From Smithellaceae bacterium (GTDB lineage: Bacteria > Desulfobacterota > Syntrophia > Syntrophales > Smithellaceae): a DNA stretch of 64,000 nt. The notes beneath the pieces were generated by a model. That model ran no database searches and was not told the origin of the DNA. It worked only from the letters and a program-made list of their open reading frames with translations. Where the stretch lies: assembly GCA_963667845.2 (NCBI GenBank), contig CAXXVL010000001.1, positions 800,001-864,000 of the forward strand, given 5' to 3'. Below are positions 33,548 through 41,495 of this stretch, one piece after another (the stretch's first letter is position 1; every line of letters begins with the position of its first letter). The position numbers and the translations under genes are program-made.

Positions 33548-33876
33548 CCGAGGTGTCCGTTTTTCTGGGGGAAGATCAGCTTTACTTATTGTCTTCTTAA
33601 TTTTGTGGTATGTAGTTTCATAAAAGCATTTAACACCTATAAGGCCTTGTACCTGTCAATCACAATAATATCCCCTTGACGGAAGAAGATGATTGCAGGA
33701 ACTTTTTCGCCACAGGCACGATGCTGCGGTAACAGATCAGCGATGCCGTCTTCGTTTCCGGGGAACAGGTTTGCCACAAGCGTGTTCTGCGAGGCCTTGA
33801 AGGGTGTCAAGCCGTTAAAGTGGCTCGCGGCCCTGTGGGCCGCTCCGGATCGGCCTTTCGCCGGCCTTAAAATGAC

Positions 33877-33915
33877 TTGACAGCGGCATGATAATAGCGT
33901 ACCATATGTCGTACG
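33877..33915 (+). promoter_or_regulatory. Toxin-antitoxin promoter and operator
   Basis: TTGACA-17 bp-TACCAT; overlapping inverted repeat CGTAC-N8-GTACG (33898-33915). Confidence 0.75.
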
Positions 33916-33933
33916 TTAAGGAGGCTGCGAAGT

Positions 33934-34176
33934 ATGACGACGTTAACAGCATCAGACGCAAGAAAGCGTCTATACAATCTTGTAGATGAAGTAAAGGATA
34001 CACACGTTCCCATTCAGATTGTAGGCAAGAGAAATTCTGCTATTTTGATTTCTGAAGAAGACTGGCGTGCTATAGAAGAAACACTATATCTCACGTCTAT
34101 TCCCGGCATGCGGGAATCCATTAAAAAAGGTTTAAAGACACCTGTTGAAAAGTGCGGGGAGGAGCCGGGCTGGTGA
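33934..34176 (+). CDS. yefM: Phd/YefM family antitoxin
   Basis: ASDARKRLYNLVDEV...SEEDWRAIEETLYL. Confidence 0.92.
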   Translation: MTTLTASDARKRLYNLVDEVKDTHVPIQIVGKRNSAILISEEDWRAIEETLYLTSIPGMRESIKKGLKTPVEKCGEEPGW

Positions 34177-34436
34177 GTTGGAGACTGGTCTTCACTAAGC
34201 AAGCACAGAAAGATGCAAAGAAAATATCACAATCCGGGTTAAAACCCCAGGCAAGCCGTTTATTAGATATCCTCAGAAAAGATCCATTCCAAAATCCACC
34301 ACCCTATGAAAAACTCATGGGCGATCTTTCGGGAGCTTACTCTCGAAGAATAAGCATACAGCATCGCTTAATTTATCAAGTATTAAAAGACATCCACACC
34401 GTAAAAATTATCAGACTGTGGACGCATTACGAGTAA
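34173..34436 (+). CDS. yoeB: Txe/YoeB family mRNA interferase toxin
   Basis: GTGA overlap with yefM; PPYEKLMGDLSGAYSRRISIQHRLIY...WTHYE. Confidence 0.92.
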   Translation: MSWRLVFTKQAQKDAKKISQSGLKPQASRLLDILRKDPFQNPPPYEKLMGDLSGAYSRRISIQHRLIYQVLKDIHTVKIIRLWTHYE

Positions 34437-34469
34437 GTTGCCGCGGTCGAAAAAAGAATGGAATAGAAA

Positions 34470-35369
34470 ATGATGGGTTTGTTCCCCCTTTTAATGTTGA
34501 CAGCAGTCGGTGTGGTTTTATTGCTGGCAGTCTCCCTGGAAAAGGTTCTTTCCGGCATACTCGCCCATAAGGTGATCAATTGGAAGCATTCAATTTTAGC
34601 AACGCTCGCTCTTCTCGTGCTATGGTTTTTGTCTTGTATCATAATTGTCCTCTCAGCCGGATTAAGTCACTCAGAGAGAATCAAAGACCTAACGGCCGCA
34701 AGATGCTTTCTTTCATTCCTGATTATTGTGGGACTGCCAGGGGTGTCATTGTTGCTTCTGAGCCGGCGGAGTACCCTGAAGGGATCTGGCGTGCCAAGAC
34801 TGAAAAGGGTGTCCATTCCTATTTTTTGCATATTAATTTCACTCATATTCTTTTTTTCTGCAAAGAGCAGCATGTGGCCGCCGCTCGCTGTCGCCACTAA
34901 ATACGATTTCAGCCGAACGTCTCAGTCTCTGATAAAGATGGGGGCAAACATAAACGAGGAGGATGCCTATGGCTTTGCTCCGCTCTGGTATGCGGCACGA
35001 AACGGTGATTTAGCGACGACGGAACTTCTTATTGAAAAAGGTGCTGATCTTCAAAAGTGGGGTGCGGCATCATTGTGTCAGGCTTGTATCAATGGCCACG
35101 CAGAAGTGGCAGCGTACCTGGTTGACCATGGTGTCGATGTGAATGCCCTTGTTTATCAATATCCCCAATGGACTGTATTGATGGCGACAACTAATGCCGG
35201 ACAACTTGATGTTGTAAAAATGTTGGTTCGAAAAGGAGCATCCCTAGATATACGGGACAAAGATGGAAGATCGGCACTGATGATAGCTCAGGGGAGAATG
35301 CAGCTTCAGATAGCTGAGTTTCTGAAAGCCTTAAAAGCTGAAGACATAAAAAGGAAGAGCGGCCGGTAA
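34470..35369 (+). CDS. Membrane-anchored ankyrin repeat protein (cassette-like)
   Basis: Four hydrophobic segments, then PLWYAARNG, SLCQACING, VLMATTNAG, GRSALMIA repeats. Confidence 0.85.
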   Translation: MMGLFPLLMLTAVGVVLLLAVSLEKVLSGILAHKVINWKHSILATLALLVLWFLSCIIIVLSAGLSHSERIKDLTAARCFLSFLIIVGLPGVSLLLLSRRSTLKGSGVPRLKRVSIPIFCILISLIFFFSAKSSMWPPLAVATKYDFSRTSQSLIKMGANINEEDAYGFAPLWYAARNGDLATTELLIEKGADLQKWGAASLCQACINGHAEVAAYLVDHGVDVNALVYQYPQWTVLMATTNAGQLDVVKMLVRKGASLDIRDKDGRSALMIAQGRMQLQIAEFLKALKAEDIKRKSGR

Positions 35370-35391
35370 TCATATAAAGAAAACACACCGG

Positions 35392-35436
35392 GCATAACCC
35401 AGGCAACCGGACGGAAGCTGATGTGCGTCGTTAGTC
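35392..35436 (+). mobile_element. Degenerate attC-like site
   Basis: GCATAAC...CGTCGTTAGTC box-like ends shortly after a stop codon; L boxes pair poorly. Confidence 0.5.
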
Positions 35437-35477
35437 TGTGCACGGGTGAGTTCAATGATATTTCAGGGCAATAAAAT

Positions 35478-36368
35478 ATGAATTTGAGAGACTTGATGCT
35501 TACGCTTTTCATCGGGGGGGCCTTCTTTTTAAATCAAGGCCTTGTTCATGCTGAAGATCCGGTGGATTTTTCAAAGTGGCAGGTATGCCAATCAAGTGAA
35601 GACTGCATCGCCGGTAAAGATCCCTGCCTGAACGATGTCGGGGTTAATAAGAAATATATTAAAGAATACAGCAGATGGTCGGTGAAGGGACACTGGCATT
35701 GCAGGGCGCTTGCCGATAAAAGCATAAGCGAGGACACACCAATATTGTGCCTCAATAATAAATGTCATGCGGGGAGTTTAACAGGAACACAATCAGTACC
35801 TTCTTCTTCCGCTGTGAAAACGAAAAAGGGGCTGACATGGGGCCTCGTATCGCATATTGATGAATTAGGGATTGATCGCGTCGGCTGCTCCGGCAGGCCA
35901 AGCGTTGGTGATTCTTCTGACGGCCGGGCCTGTGATCCATATCAGGGAGATACAAGTTGTTCCCGTGCCTTGCCAATCCTGTGCCACAAAGCGGCGAGCT
36001 TGCCGCGTCCCAACTACGCCGTTGTCGGCAAAGGACATGCGATGCCGGCAGAGTACTACAATGGCTGGACGGGCGGCTGGATCGGGTTAACACAACCGGT
36101 TCGGGGTGAAACGCTGACCAGCGTCGAAACGGCAAATGAACTATGCGGGTCAGCGCTTGGCGAAGGTTATCGTATGGCCGAGCATCACGACGGCAAGTAC
36201 GTAATGGGGATGAACGAGAAGAATTATTATGGAGAAACCTGGCCTTCGGAGAGCCGGCTACTGCCCGGCGGATGGCATTGGTATGCCTATGGCAATATTC
36301 AAGGTGCAACGCGGTTTTGGGTTTACATTAATGACCAGAAAGACGGAAACTGCTGGGAGACAAAATGA
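35478..36368 (+). CDS. Secreted Cys-rich hypothetical protein (cassette-like)
   Basis: Signal peptide; small Cys-rich N-domain; C-domain CDPYQGDTSC...YNGW...RMAEHHDG...RFWVYINDQ..GNCW. Confidence 0.8.
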   Translation: MNLRDLMLTLFIGGAFFLNQGLVHAEDPVDFSKWQVCQSSEDCIAGKDPCLNDVGVNKKYIKEYSRWSVKGHWHCRALADKSISEDTPILCLNNKCHAGSLTGTQSVPSSSAVKTKKGLTWGLVSHIDELGIDRVGCSGRPSVGDSSDGRACDPYQGDTSCSRALPILCHKAASLPRPNYAVVGKGHAMPAEYYNGWTGGWIGLTQPVRGETLTSVETANELCGSALGEGYRMAEHHDGKYVMGMNEKNYYGETWPSESRLLPGGWHWYAYGNIQGATRFWVYINDQKDGNCWETK

Positions 36369-37090
36369 TTTCCGTAATTACTCCGGCCCACAATGAAGAA
36401 TTATTGATCAGGAAATGCCTGTGCTCAGTTAAGACGGCGGCAAAAGAGATATCTGCGGATGTTGAACATATTGTTGTGCTCAACTGCTGCACGGACAGGA
36501 CAGGTGAGATCGCGAGAGAATTGGGCGCGAAGGTTATAACGGAAGAATCCCGGAATTTGAGCCGTATTCGAAACAAGGGGGTTGAGGCATCTAAAGGGGA
36601 TATCCTCGTAACAATAGATGCGGACAGCGAGATGACTTCGAATATGCTGAGCGAGGTCTTAAACAAGCTGCATTCAGGTAAATATATCGGTGGGGGTACC
36701 AGGATTTTACCGGAAAGAATATCTTTGGGCATCCTTTGCAGCCTAATGGTCGTGGCACCCTTTGTTTTGTGGCACGGCGTGAGCGCCGGGCTGTTCTGGT
36801 GCAGGAGAAAAGACTATGAGGCCATTGGAGGATTCGATGAAAGGCTGATTTGCATAGAAGATATCGACTTCGGCAAGCGGTTGCGGAAATACGGAAAAAT
36901 TCAGGGAAAGCGATACGGCACAATTCGCAAAGCACACATTGTAACATCATGCAGAAAATTTGATCAATTTGGCGATTGGTATTTTGTCGCAAACCCAATG
37001 GTTGTTTACCGAGTCTTTAAAAGAGATCAGAAACAAGCGGATCAGTTCTATTATAATGCAAGGCAGGGAAACACGGAACGAAAACAATAA
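36365..37090 (+). CDS. Glycosyltransferase family 2
   Basis: ISVITPAHNEE, IDAD (DxD), GGFDE, EDID, TSCRKF; ATGA overlap. Confidence 0.9.
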   Translation: MISVITPAHNEELLIRKCLCSVKTAAKEISADVEHIVVLNCCTDRTGEIARELGAKVITEESRNLSRIRNKGVEASKGDILVTIDADSEMTSNMLSEVLNKLHSGKYIGGGTRILPERISLGILCSLMVVAPFVLWHGVSAGLFWCRRKDYEAIGGFDERLICIEDIDFGKRLRKYGKIQGKRYGTIRKAHIVTSCRKFDQFGDWYFVANPMVVYRVFKRDQKQADQFYYNARQGNTERKQ

Positions 37091-37328
37091 TGCAGATCGC
37101 TGCGCTCGGGCCGAATATTTCGTTTGTACTCGAACAAGATTTAGGGTTAAATGCATGAACTGCCGGCAGCCGTGATATGGATTTAGTATCTTAATGGGCC
37201 TGAAGTTTTATTTTACGCATCAAGTGTGTTTTCATCAGCGCAAAAGTTGCCCATAGATCACCAGGGCGAGACAATCCCATTGAAAAGTGCGTCAGAAACT
37301 CTTTTCACTTATTAGAAAGGATCATCAA

Positions 37329-39377
37329 ATGACAGCAAACCGTTACCCGGCTTTATTTTCGCCGATCAAAATCGGGAGTATCGAAGTTAAGAACCGCATC
37401 GCCATGATGCCCATGGGCGTGTTTACCCCCCGGCTCATGGGGCCGACCGGCGCCTATACGAAAGACGGAGCGGACTATTATATCGCAAGAGCCCGGGGCG
37501 GCGTGGGCCTGATTGTCACCGGGATTCTGCCGCTGGTCCTGCTGCCGGAAGGCTATGGGCCCGGAGACCAGGGCGCGGGATTCCCAAAATATGTGGATCA
37601 ACAAAAATATCTGGCCGAGGGTGTCCATCGCTACGGCGCAAAGGTATTTGTTCAGCTTTCGGCGATGTCCGGCCGGGCAAGCATCAACCCGGCGGAGCCG
37701 GCGGCCTGCGAGATTCAAAATGTCTGGGACCCGACAAAAAAGCACCGCCAGTTGAGCAGGGACGAAATTCATGCGTATGTGAAAATGTTTGCCAATGCCG
37801 CTCTGGCGTGCAAACTGGCCGGCATCGACGGCGTGGAGGTTCATGCGGTTCATGAGGGCTATCTGCTCGATCAGTTCACGATCGCTGCCACGAATTACCG
37901 GACCGATGAATACGGCGGCAGCCTCACAAACCGGCTGCGGTTTCCCTGTGAAATCGTCCAGGCCATCAAAGAAAAATGCGGCGGCGATTACCCTGTATCC
38001 GTGCGCTACAGCGTCAGAAGCTATATGAAGGATTTCAACCGCGGCGCGCTCCCCGGTGAAACATTTGTGGAATTCGGCAGAAGCCTCGAAGAGAGCTTCG
38101 TTGTGGCGCAGAAGCTCGCCGAAGCCGGCTATGACGCGCTCGATTGCGACAATGGTTCCTATGATTCCTGGTACTGGGCCCATCCGCCCGCGTATATGCC
38201 CAAGGCCTGCAACCTCGACGATGTCCGGGCGCTGAAAAAGCATGTATCCATTCCGGTCATCTGCGCGGGAAAGTTTGATGATCCGGCGCTTGCCGATGAG
38301 GTGATTGCCCGGGGCGAGATCGACATGATGGGCATGGGGCGGCCCTTGCTTGCCGACCCGGAAATAGCCGACAAGTTTGCCCGCGGGGAGCTTTCCGACA
38401 TTCGCCCCTGCATCGGCTGCCATCAGGGGTGTCTGGCCCGGATTGTCCGGTTCAAAGATATTTGCTGTGCCGTTAACCCCGCCTGCGCCAGAGAGTTGAG
38501 TTACGGTGTCGGATCGGCGGATAAACAAAAAAAGATCATGGTGGTGGGCGGCGGTCTTGCCGGTATGGAGGCGGCCAGGGTTTGCGCGCTGCGCGGGCAT
38601 CAAGTCGATCTCTTTGAAAAAACGGATCGGCTGGGGGGTGTCTTTATCGCTGCATCCGCTGAAGCGTATAAGGAAGACGACAGGCGTCTGCTTGCCTGGT
38701 ACTTAAAGCAGATGAAGGATTTGCAGATCAATATCGTAACCGGCAAAGCGGTCGACAAAAAGTTTTTGAATGAGAATAAGTACGATGAAATATTTGTGGC
38801 GACAGGAGCTGCGGAACGCAGGCTCACCGTTCCCGGGTTTGACCACGATAATGTAACCTATGCCATCGATACGCTCCTCAAGACCGACGTCCAGGGGCAG
38901 AATGTGGTTATTGTGGGCGGCGGACTGACGGGGATTGAGATCGCCTGTGATCTGGCCCAGAGGGGCAAAAAGGTGACCGTGGTGGAGGCCTGTGACACCC
39001 TTATGAACTCTTTCGGCATCTCGGCGGCCAACTACAATATGCTGCTGGAGCTGCTGGATTACCATCAAGTCAATGTCCTGAAATCGACAACGGTAACCAA
39101 ATACGAAAATGGCGTGGCCGAGCTCCTGACGATCATTAAAAATTATCCCAATGCGGCCAACCGGGCAAAATTAATGTGCACGGCGGGGCCCGACGGAATC
39201 CCGACAAAATCCAGGCTGAAAGCGGACCACATTGTGGTGTCTGTAGGATATGCTAGCGACCGCAAACTTTATGATGAAATAAAAGGCGAACACGTGCATC
39301 TGATCGGGGATGCGGTCAAGCCGGAAAATGTCCTGAAGGCCATCTGGGATGCGTATGAGGCGGCAAGAACTGTGTAA
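37329..39377 (+). CDS. NADH:flavin oxidoreductase, 2-enoate reductase/BaiCD-like (FMN barrel, 4Fe-4S, FAD)
   Basis: EVHAVHEGYLLDQF, RTDEYGGS, CIGCHQGC, two GGG Rossmann motifs; start ATG 37329 with RBS (track start 37287). Confidence 0.9.
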   Translation: MTANRYPALFSPIKIGSIEVKNRIAMMPMGVFTPRLMGPTGAYTKDGADYYIARARGGVGLIVTGILPLVLLPEGYGPGDQGAGFPKYVDQQKYLAEGVHRYGAKVFVQLSAMSGRASINPAEPAACEIQNVWDPTKKHRQLSRDEIHAYVKMFANAALACKLAGIDGVEVHAVHEGYLLDQFTIAATNYRTDEYGGSLTNRLRFPCEIVQAIKEKCGGDYPVSVRYSVRSYMKDFNRGALPGETFVEFGRSLEESFVVAQKLAEAGYDALDCDNGSYDSWYWAHPPAYMPKACNLDDVRALKKHVSIPVICAGKFDDPALADEVIARGEIDMMGMGRPLLADPEIADKFARGELSDIRPCIGCHQGCLARIVRFKDICCAVNPACARELSYGVGSADKQKKIMVVGGGLAGMEAARVCALRGHQVDLFEKTDRLGGVFIAASAEAYKEDDRRLLAWYLKQMKDLQINIVTGKAVDKKFLNENKYDEIFVATGAAERRLTVPGFDHDNVTYAIDTLLKTDVQGQNVVIVGGGLTGIEIACDLAQRGKKVTVVEACDTLMNSFGISAANYNMLLELLDYHQVNVLKSTTVTKYENGVAELLTIIKNYPNAANRAKLMCTAGPDGIPTKSRLKADHIVVSVGYASDRKLYDEIKGEHVHLIGDAVKPENVLKAIWDAYEAARTV

Positions 39378-39628
39378 AGACAGAGAGGCCTGCCGCCCGA
39401 GGCCGTCGCCGGTTGAGAGGGCAGATGCGGGGGCCACAAATGAGCCTGTCGCGCAAGGCCGGCTGGCAGTTCAGAAAAAGTGCCAGTCGATGCGGGGTGC
39501 GGAACCCGGACGCGCCGGCGCTGTCCGGGTTATTCGGCAGATGCCTTTCTGAATACATTCGCGTAGGAACGGCCGGAACCGAAAGCGGCACAATCGTTCC
39601 GAAGCGCGGGAATCATATCCTGGATTGA

Positions 39629-40315
39629 TTACTTTGTTTCTTTCTTTTTCCTTGCCTCACTCACCTCATAATCCCTCAGACTTCTCACCATTTCCTGAAT
39701 GGGAGCAGGAAGCGTCGTGACGGGCTTCCCCGTGGAAAGCGCCAGGTAGTATATGTGAGCAATTTTTTCCAGAAGTTCCGTGGCCAGCAGTGCCTTATCC
39801 ATATTTTTTCCGAGAACGATAATCCCGTGGTTCTGGATAATATAGGCGTTGGCGTTGTTCTTGAGCAGACCGGCAACGTTGGCAGCCAGCTCCGGACTGC
39901 CGGAGAAGGCGTAAGGGGCAACTTCCACCGTTTCACCAAGCGCCAGAGCGACTTCATCAAAAAGAGCGGGGATGGGCTGATTAAGCACGGCAAAGACGCT
40001 GCCGTAAATTTGATGGGTATGAATGACGGCGTTGACATCCGGCCGTTCCCGGTAAACGGCGGCATGCATCCCGGTCTCCACCGAAGGAGCGCGGCTCCCT
40101 TCCACGACGGCGCCGGAAAGATCGACGATGCAGATATCATCGGGGGTAATCTCGCGGTATTTTACCGATGACGGCGTGACCGCCATCAAATCCTGATCCG
40201 TGATTCTCATGGAGACATTGCCGCCGGTGCCCCTGAGCGATCCAAAGTAGCCGTGATCCGACAGCCACAGACTTGTCTCCAGTACTTCCTTTCTATATTG
40301 ATCGTACAAACTCAT
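39629..40315 (-). CDS. Class II aldolase/adducin family protein
   Basis: GGNVS, TPSS, PSVETGMH, HTH, NHG metal-binding motifs. Confidence 0.9.
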   Translation of the reverse strand: MSLYDQYRKEVLETSLWLSDHGYFGSLRGTGGNVSMRITDQDLMAVTPSSVKYREITPDDICIVDLSGAVVEGSRAPSVETGMHAAVYRERPDVNAVIHTHQIYGSVFAVLNQPIPALFDEVALALGETVEVAPYAFSGSPELAANVAGLLKNNANAYIIQNHGIIVLGKNMDKALLATELLEKIAHIYYLALSTGKPVTTLPAPIQEMVRSLRDYEVSEARKKKETK

Positions 40316-40342
40316 CGGTTGTTCGACTCCTTTCCTTTTTCT

Positions 40343-40550
40343 TCAGAAGTTCCCGGTCCCGGTGCGTGAAGAAGGGCGCTTGTTTGCTGCCAGCTCTGCG
40401 AGCTTCTTTTCGCCGGGCTCCGGGCGGGGGCTCGACCAGCTGAAGGCATCGAGCACTTCAGGATTCAGAATGTATTCCGGCTTCTCTCCCGCCAGAAGTG
40501 TCTTGATCTGGCCTACCGCGATGGCTCCCTGATGTGCCGCGATCTCATAA
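40343..40550 (-). pseudogene. C-terminal remnant of a D-2-hydroxyacid-dehydrogenase-like gene
   Basis: YEIAAHQGAIAVGQIKTLLAGEKPEYILNPEV resembles the C-terminus following the TPH motif; upstream part replaced by AT-rich DNA. Confidence 0.55.
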
Positions 40551-40636
40551 TTCAAAGCTCGCGGCAATAAAGCGTTGTCCCTGATTATCCAATTGTCGGA
40601 ATCTCCAAATTCAATATGGAAGGTTTTATGACATTC

Positions 40637-41494
40637 CTATTCGGCAATGGCATCGCCTTCGATATCTTTATGATACTTGCTGTTTCTTCTTTTGGCAACT
40701 AATCGATCTATGAAACGAGGAGGAGAAAATGTCCATTTTCCAAATAAATACTTATTAATTGTCTCTTTATTGAGGCTAACATATCCATTACACGATTGTG
40801 GAAGAGAATTGGATCTTAAGCGAAGCACATCCAGAAACCGGGGATGCTTCATCGCCTCGGCCAGCGCAAAACCAAAAGATTGATTACTGATTAATAACTT
40901 GCTTCCTTTTATGACCTGGGCCAGTTCGACAATATCTCTTACCGTTAGAAAACTTATTTCTAATCCTGTGCGTTTCTTAAACGCATGATATTCGTTTTCA
41001 AATCCGAGAAAAATACATTGATCTGTGTAATCCTCAAGCGCCTGCCAATTGAATATGCCGGAAGGGGCGGCATTTTTTGTGCTGTACGTCACCACAATAT
41101 CCTTGACATGACTCGCCGCAATATTAAAGAGCCACTGCTGACATAAATCAAATCGAACATTGAACTTTATTAAATGCCAATGCGCAAGATGAATCTTCCA
41201 TAACGCGCGATCGTTAACAACATACTCACGAAAGCAATCCAGATCATAATCTACAGCTTCTCCTCCATACAGTCTGACATCTTTCAGGTAAGGCTGGGTT
41301 TTTAAAAGATCGGCCATCTGATCAATAATATCTGAAGATAACGGAAAAGGATGAGGAGCGTCGGGGCTTATGAGGGGGGGATGATCGTTCGTTGCAATAT
41401 ACAGAATGCCGCCACCCAACGCTATGATCGTAGGCAGCGCGTAAATGATGTCACCAAGATTGCCGCTATGTTTAAAGGTTCGGACGTCAGGCAT
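40637..41494 (-). CDS. Putative glycosyltransferase (GT-B/GT9-like), AT-rich
   Basis: HSGNLGDII, ELAQVIKGSKLLISNQSFGFALAEA resemble GT9 motifs; start 41494 lies 2 bp after the upstream stop. Confidence 0.6.
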   Translation of the reverse strand: MPDVRTFKHSGNLGDIIYALPTIIALGGGILYIATNDHPPLISPDAPHPFPLSSDIIDQMADLLKTQPYLKDVRLYGGEAVDYDLDCFREYVVNDRALWKIHLAHWHLIKFNVRFDLCQQWLFNIAASHVKDIVVTYSTKNAAPSGIFNWQALEDYTDQCIFLGFENEYHAFKKRTGLEISFLTVRDIVELAQVIKGSKLLISNQSFGFALAEAMKHPRFLDVLRLRSNSLPQSCNGYVSLNKETINKYLFGKWTFSPPRFIDRLVAKRRNSKYHKDIEGDAIAE

Positions 41495-41495
41495 C

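Larger units (their letters stand above)
32307..33578 (+). mobile_element. IS3 family insertion sequence, 1272 bp, apparently intact
   Basis: IRL TGAACCTACCCCAGTTTAACGGACAC; IRR (rc) TGATCTTCCCCCAGAAAAACGGACAC; GCT duplication at 32304-32306 and 33579-33581; A7G slippery site 32648-32655. Confidence 0.96.
31692..33623 (+). pseudogene. Integron cassette 2: membrane protein gene interrupted by IS3
   Basis: ORF 31692-32306 ends IIGSA and resumes in frame after the IS as LLIVFLILWYVVS* (stop 33621-33623). Confidence 0.85.

Noticed and set aside
35478..36368. DGR target (lectin-like fold)
   Set aside because: No reverse transcriptase and no template/variable repeat pair in the window.
37081..37130. 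Possible attC after the GT2 gene (CGCTGCGCTCGGGCCG...CGTT)
   Set aside because: Central motif is attC-like, but there is no RYYYAAC R'' box or paired L boxes; at best a heavily eroded remnant.
39380..39628. GC-rich hairpins between convergent genes as an ncRNA
   Set aside because: Hairpins exist (AACCCGGAC...GTCCGGGTT) but no recognisable RNA family; more simply termination structures.
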